A DNA stretch of 64,000 nucleotides from Deltaproteobacteria bacterium (GTDB lineage: Bacteria; Myxococcota_A; Polyangia; Fen-1088). How positions within the stretch are numbered: the stretch's first letter is position 1; every line of letters starts with the position of its first letter. Of the stretch, positions 1-9,600 are shown piece after piece. Under the pieces are notes generated by a model. That model did no database searches. It saw nothing but the letters and a program-made list of their open reading frames with translations, and was not told the origin of the DNA. Position numbers and translations under genes: made by a program. The DNA lies in NCBI GenBank assembly GCA_033763315.1, contig JANRKS010000021.1, forward strand, positions 32,001 to 96,000, in the 5' to 3' direction.

Positions 1-185
1 AGCTCAGGTTCGTTAAGCATCTCCCGCAGAGCGAACAAAGGCCCTTCACCCGTCGCTGTGAACATTACGATCGTCGTAAGTTCGTTGTTCCTGCAAGCTT
101 CAAAAGCTGCTCGAATGCAGGTTTCCATGAAGTTCCGCCCCTCGCCAGGGACATAGGTAGTGAGTCTGGTTTCTTGGTTATTCAT
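1..185 (-). CDS. Partial ORF (runs off the window), N-terminus resembling pyruvate kinase C-terminal alpha/beta-like (MTH1675-type) proteins
   Basis: Not in the ORF track. Manual translation from ATG at 185 gives MNNQETRLTTYVPGEGRNFMETCIRAAFEACRNNELTTIVMFTATGEGPLFALREMLNEPE, open to base 1. ATGA overlap with the stop of 182..694. The Y-x-x-G-x-x-N...IV-x-x-T-x-TG pattern recalls the family. Confidence 0.5.
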   Translation of the reverse strand, partial: MNNQETRLTTYVPGEGRNFMETCIRAAFEACRNNELTTIVMFTATGEGPLFALREMLNEPE

Positions 186-694
186 CTGCCGGGCTTTTTC
201 TTAATTGGTATTTGCCGGTTGCTAAGGAAGAGGTCCACGAGATCCAAGAAGCTCGACGGGTCGATCGAGAGCAGCGACGGCGACCCTTTGGGCCCCTCCA
301 CGTGATGGATGTCTATATGGCCTCCCTTTACTGGGTCCGGACCGTGTCCACGGATGTGGCAGTGAAAGCCCCCGACGCTCTCTTTGTCTATACGGAACCA
401 AACCTCATCCATGGCCATTTTGTCAGGACCGCAGTGAAACGAGAGGTAGTGGCAATCGGCCCAGACGCTTCCGTTCCTTTTGGCTCGGCATGCTATTTGA
501 ATCACCGTTTTGTCGTCGAGCTCTCGCCGCAGCGCCATGCTCACCCGTGACAGCTCACCCGAGACTGAGTATGTGACTTCGGGGCAGGGGTTAATTAACG
601 GCTCCAACCATCGACCGCCATACCTCTCAAGGCGACTCACTGTGCCTGGGTAGAGCAGGTTGAACAGGTCGACGGCGGAAAGACGAGGGGCCAT
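182..694 (-). CDS. Putative toxin, TumE/DUF6516-like
   Basis: 170-aa ORF with WFRIDKESVGGFHCHIRG (R-x-D...H-x-H), directly downstream of an antitoxin-like ORF. Confidence 0.45.
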   Translation of the reverse strand: MAPRLSAVDLFNLLYPGTVSRLERYGGRWLEPLINPCPEVTYSVSGELSRVSMALRRELDDKTVIQIACRAKRNGSVWADCHYLSFHCGPDKMAMDEVWFRIDKESVGGFHCHIRGHGPDPVKGGHIDIHHVEGPKGSPSLLSIDPSSFLDLVDLFLSNRQIPIKKKPGR

Positions 695-721
695 GCGAAT
701 GCGAGGGGTGGTGAGTGTAAC

Positions 722-1129
722 TCAATTCAAGCTCGCGTTTCGAAAGGGGCACAAAAAAAGGGCCGCAGCTTCCTGCGACCCTTCGACGCTCAAGTCTGCA
801 CTGGGCTCCTCTTCCGGAGGTCCTGGGCCACCGCGGGCGCTCTCCTCTGCCCATTCCATGGCGGCTGTGAAGAGGAACAGCCATCGGGAAATGGTCTCGT
901 CTTCCGCCACTTGTTCGGAACGCAGCAATCGAGGCAGCTCGCGCCGCAATCTCGAAACTGGCATCGTAAAACGACTCGCCAGGATGCGTTCAACATTCTC
1001 GAGCTCGGAGGTAATTGTCTGCTCCGACTCTTCGCAAGCGATAATCTCGTGAGGATTGTAGTCCATGGCCTTGCTCCCTTCGACTACCAGGTTCTTATCG
1101 AACTTTCCCTCGGCTCCCTCAGTCTTCAT
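722..1129 (-). CDS. Putative antitoxin, TumA-like acidic protein
   Basis: Acidic ORF (ATG 1129, or TTG 1141). SELENVERILASRFTMPVSRL...EDETISRWLFL resembles the L..E..Y/F.M.S.......D....W pattern. Confidence 0.4.
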   Translation of the reverse strand: MKTEGAEGKFDKNLVVEGSKAMDYNPHEIIACEESEQTITSELENVERILASRFTMPVSRLRRELPRLLRSEQVAEDETISRWLFLFTAAMEWAEESARGGPGPPEEEPSADLSVEGSQEAAALFLCPFRNASLN

Positions 1130-1179
1130 ACCGTTATGCAAATCGCGATTGGAACTCTTTCCCTACTTCACTCGGAAGG

Positions 1180-1196
1180 TCAATAGCAAATATTGA
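1180..1196. promoter_or_regulatory. Inverted repeat TCAATA-gcaaa-TATTGA, candidate operator
   Basis: Perfect 6-bp inverted repeat about 50 bp upstream of the operon start. A second perfect palindrome AATCGCGATT lies at 1141-1150. Confidence 0.35.
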
Positions 1197-1563
1197 GCTT
1201 ACGGTGTCCGTTTAATTGGCTATCTCAGCTTAACCGATGGTCGACCTCGTTGCGAATTGTTCGAGCCAGGCGGGAGGGACCGGTGAGAATTAGCGTACTT
1301 GACTGCATGGTCTGAACTTCCGACGCCGACGCCCACCCTCGCTTGTGCCGACCCTGAGCGGAATGGCGCGAAACGCCGTGCGACGGCCCGGGCGATTCAT
1401 AACGCATCGCTGCCAAGGTCAAGCAAGGGGACGGTGAGGCATTATGCGCTCGAAGCCGCGGTTCGCGCGACATCTAAGTCACGCTCTGCTTGGATACTCA
1501 TGAGCGCCTGCTCTAAACGCTGCAAAGGCTCCCACACTAGCTGCGCATGAGCCGGCCGAATTT

Positions 1564-2400
1564 CTACCGGTTTCGCGGTGGGCTCTGGAACCTCCGACGA
1601 AGGGCAGCGACCCCCGGATCTGTGCGTTTCTCACCTTTCCACCGGAATTTTATGCAAAGACGCGGCTCGGTGTTTATTGCGTTGAAGGGCATAAGCGCCA
1701 ATGCACCGGAATAAGGTTCGCCGTCGATGACGGTGTTGATCTTCCTCAAAGGCACATCCCAAGAGAACAGAAAGCGCACTGCCCCTCCACGAAGGGTGAT
1801 GACCGCTATCCCGGGCTTGCCTGTGGTGGGATCGCTTCCAAACGAGAATTCAAAGGCGTCCTCTGGGGCGTGTTGGTCGCCCACCTTCGCGAGCAAGCCA
1901 AGTCCGCATCCGTCGGGAAGTGCGCGGATGCCAAAGACCACTTCAGGCAACCAAGAAGGAGGCTGCCAAGAAGTCTTGGATACGTGAAGTTGAGCAAAAT
2001 TGAGCACACATTTTGCGGCCCAACGCTCAAGGAGTCTCCCATCACACGTGAAGCGTATCGACCGCGTTGGCGGGACGTTCAATTTGCTTCGCGCTTGGCG
2101 CAACTCTTCAGTCCGCCGCAAGCAGTTATTCAAGTCGATCAGAGCGGTATCGAGTTTTGCCGTTTCGCTATTGTGCCGCGAACACAGGCACTTGATTCCG
2201 AGTTTCTTGACTGGCGTCTTGAACCGCTCAGGTCGACTCGGAAGCCCTTTCACGTAAATATATTCTTGAAGCCACATGCCATAAGGAGACGGATGCTCAA
2301 GGGAACGACCTCCCCCGCATGGCGAGACTTCCGACGCCCAACATGCAGCACGGCGATCGTTCGAGGTCTCCGTATCGTCGATCTCTTTCGTCATAAGCAT
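1564..2400 (-). CDS. HNH-endonuclease-like protein
   Basis: C....C...SLEH...W followed by LCSRHNS matches the HNH/Zn pattern. Likely start ATG 2400 or 2394. Confidence 0.55.
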   Translation of the reverse strand: MLMTKEIDDTETSNDRRAACWASEVSPCGGGRSLEHPSPYGMWLQEYIYVKGLPSRPERFKTPVKKLGIKCLCSRHNSETAKLDTALIDLNNCLRRTEELRQARSKLNVPPTRSIRFTCDGRLLERWAAKCVLNFAQLHVSKTSWQPPSWLPEVVFGIRALPDGCGLGLLAKVGDQHAPEDAFEFSFGSDPTTGKPGIAVITLRGGAVRFLFSWDVPLRKINTVIDGEPYSGALALMPFNAINTEPRLCIKFRWKGEKRTDPGVAALRRRFQSPPRNR

Positions 2401-2446
2401 CACCCATCCGAACCACGAGCCACGCCTCGCGCGTCGGTCTTCGAGA

Positions 2447-3313
2447 TCACTCCTCGGCCAAAGCGACAGCACGTCCGTTCGGGTCCCACGTGACCATTTT
2501 AAAGCCTTTGGGTGCCTGAACTGCACCGATCGCGATCGCGTGCCTCAGGATCAAGAAATCAATGACTTTGGCGACATCGACGCCTACTTCGTACACGATC
2601 CGCCGTAAGCGATCATGCAGGGCTTTTAATTTTTCGTCGTCGTCGACAGCTGGACATGCGAACATCAACGAATGGCGACTCAGCGATCTAAAGCTCGTCG
2701 TATACGGCTCGTCGCAGCCGATGGTAATAGTTCCCGATAGCAGTCGAAGGTTGTTCACTACGGCAGATTCGACATCAGGATGAGTGTTGGTCCTCGCGTT
2801 TTTCGGTTCTACGTGACCGCCCACCGCGTTTCTTAACGGCTTGAGAAAATCCGCTTCCTCGTCGATCGCCTTAACAACGTTAGCGATTTCAATTGCCCTT
2901 GCCTTTACTGCCCTACTCCGCGAGTGCTTCAGGTGGGGCAGAACATCCTTTACAAAAACGTGGCGTGCTTCGTAGAGGCTATTAACCACGCGGCGCTGGA
3001 AGTAACTGAGCTTCCAAAAGTCATCAATCGTCGGCTCTTTGGGCAAGAAAATGCCCGGCATCTCAAAGCCGATATCATCACGAATTATCATCAGCCTCAG
3101 CAGCCACGGAGTGTCAGGATGCTCGGGCGGAAACATCTTGAGCATATTCACGTTGTCGAAACGCAAAGGGGGCCGGGCCTCGCGCCGCTCAGCCCTTTCG
3201 GATGGAAGAGCAACTTTGCCCGAGACGCGTGATGCCTTAGGTCGCAGTGACGAGCCCCGGCGAGTTCCTTTCCGCTTTCCCACAGTGGGAGCGTCAAACG
3301 AACGGCGGGGCAT
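2447..3313 (-). CDS. HEPN-like helical protein (putative RNase)
   Basis: Predicted helical ORF with KPLRNAVGGH (R-x5-H HEPN-type motif). The true start may be further downstream. Confidence 0.5.
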   Translation of the reverse strand: MPRRSFDAPTVGKRKGTRRGSSLRPKASRVSGKVALPSERAERREARPPLRFDNVNMLKMFPPEHPDTPWLLRLMIIRDDIGFEMPGIFLPKEPTIDDFWKLSYFQRRVVNSLYEARHVFVKDVLPHLKHSRSRAVKARAIEIANVVKAIDEEADFLKPLRNAVGGHVEPKNARTNTHPDVESAVVNNLRLLSGTITIGCDEPYTTSFRSLSRHSLMFACPAVDDDEKLKALHDRLRRIVYEVGVDVAKVIDFLILRHAIAIGAVQAPKGFKMVTWDPNGRAVALAEE

Positions 3314-3377
3314 CGTCCAGTGGCCCCCTTGCGGCGGCCGCGATTCAGGTGAGGTGACCGCTCACCCAACCAGAACA

Positions 3378-3830
3378 AGAATTGTGGCCCTTGGTTGCAG
3401 GCACCTGGATTCACTTTGATCTGCAATGCCGCCGCATCCACGTCAGAGAGTCGATGACGGCGCGCTCTAGGACAACGATAGCCGCATCGTTCCTATCCAA
3501 GATGCACTGCTACCCATTCTGACCCGCTGGCGCATGGCTACGGGCGGAACTGGGCTCGTGGTCAAGTCTGCCCACAAGGACGGCCGGAACTTTAACGAGC
3601 ACACCCTTTGGGCAAAGTTCAATGAAGCGATGGCGGGCCTGGATCTGCCGAAGGTCACTTGGTACCAGGCGCCCCGGCCAGCTACGCGTCCTATTGGTTG
3701 ATGAACGGTGGCTCCATCGAGGTTTTGAAGGAGATGATGGGCAACTGTTCGGTGTTGGTGACGTGAAAGATGCGCCCATCTCCGGGTTGATCTGTTTAGC
3801 CCCCTTGAACTTAGCCGTATGGCCTCTAAC
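3378..3830 (+). pseudogene. Degraded tyrosine recombinase/integrase C-terminal fragment
   Basis: Manual translation across frames: RIHVRES / DGAL*DNDSRIVPIQDALLPILTRW...LDLPKVTWYQA / SYASYWLMNGGSIEVLKEMMGNCSVLVT* / RCAHLRVDLF. This is integrase box II (R-H-S-Y-A-S...G-H...T-E-R-Y-A-H) with stops at 3468 and 3764 and frameshifts. Confidence 0.8.
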
Positions 3831-3934
3831 TTATCGGCCGACATGGCCAAGGTTTCGACGATTGGGCCACGTTTGGGACAAGGGCGGGCAGACGAGGAAA
3901 AAGAGGTGTGCTAACGTCCTGAATTCATTGAACT

Positions 3935-4018
3935 GCCGGGGTGGCGAAATGGTATACGCGGAGGACTTAAAATCCTCTATCGCAAGGTTTACGGGTTCGA
4001 GTCCCGTCCCCGGCACCA
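3935..4018 (+). tRNA. tRNA-Leu (anticodon TAA)
   Basis: GCCGGGG/CCCCGGC acceptor stem, GAGGA-CTTAAAA-TCCTC anticodon arm, long variable arm, GGTTCGAGTCC T-arm, encoded CCA. Confidence 0.97.
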
Positions 4019-4100
4019 GGCTCTGCTACGCGCACGGCAGGACACATCAGGCAGCGCGACCACCTGTCGGTGTGGCCTTGCCATTGCAATACGTCAGACC

Positions 4101-4610
4101 ATGAAGAGTGATCTGAAGGAGAACCCACGCGTTCGCTCGCTCCGCTTTAACCTCGGGCTCGCGAACCACGACGTGGCTGTCGCGCTTCGGTCGTTGGTGC
4201 TGCTGGTTACGTTGTTGTTCGTCGGGTCAGCCTGCGATGAGGGCGGCGACAGCGCTGCCGATGCCTCGTTCGATGTTTTGAACGCCACGGCAGAGGCCGG
4301 GGTTGATGTGCTCAGGCCCAACGTGCAGTGTGATGGAGTGGCCCCGATGGGCGAATGTGGTGTGGGCGCTGGGGGATGTTGCGGGAACGACTTCCGTATG
4401 CGTCAGCTCGAATGCCGAAACGGAAAATGGCGTTGTCCAAAGGGATACAGCGCGTTCGAGGAATGCTGTGGATTCGGCCCGCACTGCACACCCGCATTCG
4501 GCATTTCACCCATGTGTGCGCCTCAATGCCGGCAAAGTGGTGACCAATGGTATTGCGGCCAATATTTCCCAGATGCGGACGCAGGCTCACCCAGCGATTC
4601 ACGAGGCTAG
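4101..4610 (+). CDS. Cys-rich putative lipoprotein
   Basis: Hydrophobic stretch ending VGSAC, then many Cys (CC, CxxxC). The true start is probably downstream of 4101. Confidence 0.55.
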   Translation: MKSDLKENPRVRSLRFNLGLANHDVAVALRSLVLLVTLLFVGSACDEGGDSAADASFDVLNATAEAGVDVLRPNVQCDGVAPMGECGVGAGGCCGNDFRMRQLECRNGKWRCPKGYSAFEECCGFGPHCTPAFGISPMCAPQCRQSGDQWYCGQYFPDADAGSPSDSRG

Positions 4611-4660
4611 AACATCACGACCGGACGTTAAGTCCTGCTTGGCCGTTCACGTGGGCGTAT

Positions 4661-4981
4661 CTACCCCAACTCATCCGCAAACTCGGCATGCACGAGCAGG
4701 TGCGCCAGCGTCGCATGTGCGGCCACGAGGCGCTCATGCGTTTGGGCAGGGGTTGGCTCGTCTTCTTCGTCGGCCCCCAGGGCAAGATCGTTGAGCGTGG
4801 GGGTGCTGAGGCTTGGGCCTTCGTTGGCGAGCCAGGCTTCGCTTTCGCGACGCTCGAAGTCTTTGACCTTCATCGCCCACGTGGCCAAATCCGATTCATC
4901 GCGGCTGGCGAGGGCGGCCCTGCCCTCTTGCACCAGCGACTCGACAGCGGACCTTGTGTGCTTGCAGACGGTGTCACTCAT
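4661..4981 (-). CDS. Hypothetical acidic protein
   Basis: 106-aa ATG ORF with protein-like helical composition, divergent from 5072. Confidence 0.5.
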   Translation of the reverse strand: MSDTVCKHTRSAVESLVQEGRAALASRDESDLATWAMKVKDFERRESEAWLANEGPSLSTPTLNDLALGADEEDEPTPAQTHERLVAAHATLAHLLVHAEFADELG

Positions 4982-5071
4982 ACGATGTTTGTGGGCGTAG
5001 ACAACACGCGCGGCCGCAAAGCCGCTAAAGTGCTGGAGCGCGCGTAAGCGTTAGTTTAAGCCGCCGACGTC

Positions 5072-6049
5072 ATGACTTCAAAAACCATACTTCTCACAGG
5101 CGCCTCTGGCTTCGTTGGCCGAACCGTGTGGCCGCGCTTGCAAGAGCAAGGTTGGCACGTGCGTTGTTTGACGCGCGACCGAGAGCGGGCACGGCGCCTT
5201 TACGGCGAGCGTGATTGGGTTCAAGGCGATCTGGCCGATGCCACCGTTTGTGCGCAAGCCCTCGCCGGTTGCGACGCCGCGCTTTACCTCGTGCATTCGA
5301 TCGGCGAAGGCGCGCAGTTTGGCCGCCACGAAGTGGATACCGCGAAGCAATTTGCCGAAGCCGCCCGCAAAGCAGGCGTGGGACGCATCGTGTACCTCGG
5401 TGGGGTTGCCCCCGCGGGCGCTGCCTCGGCGCATCTCGGCAGCCGCTTGGCTGTGGGTGAGGCGCTGCGTGCCGGAGCCGTACCCACGATTGAATTGCGC
5501 GCCAGCATGATTGTGGGGCACGGCAGTTTGAGTTGGTTGATTGTGCGCGATCTGGCGGCACGTTTGCCAATGATGGTGTTGCCCGCCTGGTTGCGATCGC
5601 TCACGCAACCCGTGGCCATCGAAGATGTGGTTGAGGCATTGATGGCCGCGTTTGATGTGCCCTTGCCGCAAAGTGCATCGTTCGATTTGCCTGGTCCCGA
5701 TGTGATGTCCGCACACGAGATCTTGGACGCCACCGCTGCCGCCATGAATTTGCCGCGGCCGCGGGCGATTGAAGTGCCCCTGTTGAGCGCCAGGCTGTCC
5801 GCGCATTGGCTGCGGTTTGTTACGCGCGCCGATTGGTCCGTGGCCAAAGAGCTTGTGGCAGGCTTAACAACCGATCTGTTGGCGCGCGACGATGCTTACT
5901 GGCATCTGATTGGGCATGCGTCGCGCATGGCGTTTGCCGAGGCCGCGCGTTTGGCTTTGCAAGCTGAAGCCGCGCAAGGCACCGTGCAAGGCGCCTGGGG
6001 GCACTTCGAGCGTTTGCGCGCAAAGGCGGCACACCTTCGTGGCCGCTGA
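5072..6049 (+). CDS. NAD(P)-binding atypical SDR (YbjT-like)
   Basis: TGASGFVG Rossmann motif, YLVHS, ELRASMIVG, TQPVAIEDV. Confidence 0.85.
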   Translation: MTSKTILLTGASGFVGRTVWPRLQEQGWHVRCLTRDRERARRLYGERDWVQGDLADATVCAQALAGCDAALYLVHSIGEGAQFGRHEVDTAKQFAEAARKAGVGRIVYLGGVAPAGAASAHLGSRLAVGEALRAGAVPTIELRASMIVGHGSLSWLIVRDLAARLPMMVLPAWLRSLTQPVAIEDVVEALMAAFDVPLPQSASFDLPGPDVMSAHEILDATAAAMNLPRPRAIEVPLLSARLSAHWLRFVTRADWSVAKELVAGLTTDLLARDDAYWHLIGHASRMAFAEAARLALQAEAAQGTVQGAWGHFERLRAKAAHLRGR

Positions 6050-6053
6050 AGCC

Positions 6054-6668
6054 GTGCGACGCGACGATGGCGTGGCGCTGGGGGCCATGGCCGCTTGGGC
6101 CGCGGGGGCTGCCCTGGGGGGCGCCTATGGCCTGTGGTTGGGGCTCGGGCTCACGGCCGTTTTGGTGGGCGCCACCGTGCTGGTTTTGCAGAGGCCTGCG
6201 CTCGTGCCGCTGTTTCGCGTGCGCGCGCTTGACGTGGCGGCAGGGGTTGCCACCGGCCTGTTGATGGTGTGGGTCACGCGGGCTTTGTTTGTGCCCGTGG
6301 CCACGTGGTTGCCCTTTGTGAACGTGGATGCCGCCACGCTTTACGCCGCTTTGGGCGGCAAACCACTGCGCGTGTATGGGCTGCTGATCATTCCGATCGC
6401 GTTGGGTGAAGAGATCGTGTGGCGAGGCGCCGTGCAAAGCGCCGTGGCCCGGCGGTTCGGACACGCAGCGGCCGTGCCCGTGGCGGCAGCGCTTTATGCG
6501 CTCATGCACGCACCTGTGGGCGTGCCCTCGCTCAGCTTGATTGCAATGGCGTGCGGCCTTGGCTGGAGCCTCCTTCGCACGCTCACGGGTGGTTTGATGG
6601 CGCCGTTTTTGGCGCACTTGGTGTGGGACGAGATTATGTTCTTCGTGGCACCGCTCGTGGCGCCTTGA
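6054..6668 (+). CDS. CPBP (CAAX/Abi) family intramembrane metalloprotease
   Basis: EEIVWRG, YALMH and AHLVWD motifs in a multi-TM protein. GTG start at 6054. Confidence 0.85.
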   Translation: MRRDDGVALGAMAAWAAGAALGGAYGLWLGLGLTAVLVGATVLVLQRPALVPLFRVRALDVAAGVATGLLMVWVTRALFVPVATWLPFVNVDAATLYAALGGKPLRVYGLLIIPIALGEEIVWRGAVQSAVARRFGHAAAVPVAAALYALMHAPVGVPSLSLIAMACGLGWSLLRTLTGGLMAPFLAHLVWDEIMFFVAPLVAP

Positions 6669-6673
6669 CGTTG

Positions 6674-9600
6674 TCAGGGCGGATAGAGCCTCGACATGGG
6701 CACGTCTCGTTTCGTCATGCTGGCGCTCGACCACTGCAAACGCGCCACGGCGCCACCATAGTTCTCGAAGTATTCGAGCACGATGGGATACTTTTGGCCC
6801 GCGACCACCGACAGGCTCCCCACGTTTTCTGTGGGCGCGTGCAGCGTCCAATTGTCGATCAAGGTTTGATCCCCCACGCGAAGCCGAACGCCATCATCGC
6901 TGCGTGTGTAGAACGTTAGGGTCTCCGTGTTTGGCGCTTCCACGAAGCCCGTCCACCGCACGCTAAACGTATCTGGTGCCAAGCTTGGTTCGGGCGAGCC
7001 TTGCCCCCAATCGAAACTGACGGTCGCATCCGTTCGCACCAAAGTGGATACATCGAAAGCCGTACCATCGAAGTATTCGCCGCGCAGACCTGTGCCGGTG
7101 CCGGGCGGCACAACCGGCGGCTCCGTGGGATAAAGCAAAGCGGTCGGGATGATCTCTCGCGCGCGTGTGGGGGTTGACCAAAACAGACGAGCGGTGGCGC
7201 CGCCATACGCCTCGAAGAATTCAAGGACGACGTCATACGTTTGTCCCGCCACAAGGTTGATCGTGCCGCTGTGCTCGGTGGGTGCGTGGTCGTTCCATTG
7301 ATCGATGAGCGGCACGCCGTTAATCAGCAACCGAATGCCATCGTCACTGATTGTATAAAAGGTGAAGGCTTCAGTTGAAGGCGCCCGCACTTTGCCCGTC
7401 CACCGCACAGAGAACGTATCGGCACCGAGCGTCGGATCAGGCGAACCGTTGCTCCATTGAAAATCAACGCTCGAATCCACACGCACCAACTTGGACTCCG
7501 CCAAATCTTGATCGTCAAAGTATTCGCCGCGAAGCCCCGTGCCCTCGACGGCTGTGTTCGGTGGAAACAAGCTGGCCGCGGGGATCGCTTGCCGGGCCAG
7601 CCCCGGACCAGACCAGTGCAAACGTGCCGCCGCACCGCCGCCGCGCTCGTAGAATTCGTACTTGATGTCGTAGATCTGATCTTGGGTCAGATTAACGGTG
7701 GCGGTGCGCTCGGTGGGGCCATGATCAACCCAATCGTCGATGATGAGTTGGCCGCCCACCCACAGGCGTTGGCCATCGTCGCTTGTCACGTGGAAGGTCA
7801 CTGGCCCCGTGATTGGCGCGCGCACGGCCCCTGTCCAGCGCGCAGAGAAGCGGTCATTGGGCAACTGGGCCGCGGGCGCGCCAGCACCCCAATCAAAATC
7901 CACCTGCGAATCAAGGCGCGTGAGTTGCAAGCTCGTCAGCGTCATATCGCTGAAGTATTCGCCCGTCAGCCCCGTGCCCGCAGGGCCCAAGCGGGCGTAA
8001 GTGGCCGTGTATGTGGTAGCCGTGGCGGGTGCCACGATGTTGTGTGAGGCGGCCAAACCATCAGACCAGTTGGCGAACCGATGGTATGAGCCCGCCACTG
8101 ATTGCGGCGAAGGCGCGGAGATGGTTTGCGTTGAACCCACGATCACGGTGGCATTGACCGGGGCCACCCCGCTCTTACCACTGAGCGACAGCGTCAATCC
8201 AGGCTCGTTGGCTGCCAAAGTTAAGTTGACTGTGCGTGGATCCAAACGCACCGACGTGCTGGTGGTGGCGCCACTCGAATCGGTGGCCGTGAGCACAAGC
8301 TCCATAAACGAAGGGTATTCGTGGTCAGGCGCTGTGAGTGTTCCTGAATCCACGCCATCCCACGTTTGCACAGGGTGAACGTGGCAAAGCTGAGGGCAAT
8401 GCAACATGCGAAATTGCCACCGCAACGCCGACGGCGGCAGCGCGCCATCTTCAGCGTCGATGGCGTGACCTGCAAAAACCACGGTTTCGCCCACGCTCCA
8501 AACCAGCGTCGATGCGGGGGCATCGATCACAACGGTGGGAGGCTCGTTCGTGACGCCCGCCTGAACGACGATGGGCTGGCTCTCGGCGGCCGCGCCGCGC
8601 TCGTCGATCACACGCAGCCGCGCGTTGTATGTGCCTGGGGTTGTGTACGTGAAGGAAGCTTGAGGGCCGGTAGCGTCGTTGAACAGCCCATCGCCATCGA
8701 GATCCCAGGCATACGTCAACGCCTCGCCCGGTTGCCCTGGCGTCGAAGCGCTGCCATCAAAGGTGACCGCCAACGGTGCAGGCCCTTGGTTGGGGCTGGC
8801 CGTGCCAAGCGCCGTGGGCGCCAAATAACGCAAGCGATGAATCTTGCCCGTGAGGTCTACGTAAAACAGATCGCCGTTCGGGCCAGCGCGCAATTCCACC
8901 GGGCTGCTGGCGGCAGAGACGATCGGAGTGATAGACGTCGGATCGGGCACGCCATTGGCCCCGGCACGCATCGCCCAGATGCAGCGACGAGAATAGTCCG
9001 AGAAAAACAGAGCGCCGTGCAAATCAGGCGGGTAGGAGCCGGCACCGTAAAACGCAACACCTGAGACCGACGAGCTGCCCGAACCACAACCGTCGGCTGG
9101 GGCCACCACGCTGTTATGCGCGTAAGGATAATAAGGCGCGGTGGCGCTGCCCTCAGCGTAAAGGCTGTTGCACAAGTTCAGGTTGGCGCTTGAAAAGCCG
9201 TTGTTCTTGCCGGCGCCCTCGTAGCAGGGCCAGCCGAAATTCGTGAGGCCCGCGGTTGGATCAACAACGCGGTTGATCTCTTCCCAATCGTTGGCGCCCA
9301 CGTCGCCAATCCACAATTCGTTCGTGCCTGGGCGCACGGTCATGCGGAAAGGGTTGCGCAAACCATAGGCGACCACGCGCGCGAGGTTCGCGTCCGCATC
9401 GCCGTAGCGTGGATTTCCGGGGCTTGCGGCCCCCGTATCGGGATCGACGCGAAGCACGCTGCCGTTGAGCACAACGGGGCCACCGCGCCTTGGGCTTTGG
9501 CTGCGCAAAGCACCACCTGCGGCTGTGGGAGCCGATAAAGGTGTGCCCACCGCGCCTGGAGGTTCACCGAACGGGTTGGGTGGATCGCCGCTTTGGCCAT

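Larger units (their letters stand above)
1..3934. mobile_element. Right end of a decayed genomic island adjoining tRNA-Leu
   Basis: Integrase remnant next to the tRNA, nuclease/TA-like cargo, and visibly more AT-rich sequence than downstream genes. Confidence 0.65.

Noticed and set aside
1225-1550. Short ORFs between the TA-like operon and the HNH gene
   Set aside because: No motifs; at most a gene remnant, which cannot be supported.
3764-3766. In-frame TGA in the integrase as recoding or selenocysteine
   Set aside because: Accompanied by frameshifts, a TAG, and loss of the catalytic His/Tyr, which indicates simple decay.
3831-4016. 61-aa minus-strand ORF (and + ORF 3622..4104)
   Set aside because: They overlap the tRNA-Leu and the integrase remnant, so they are spurious translations.
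5820-6851. 343-aa minus-strand ORF and similar long antisense ORFs (15757..16635, 18529..19302, 21250..22125, 52489..53397)
   Set aside because: Each lies opposite a gene with clear family motifs and has none itself.
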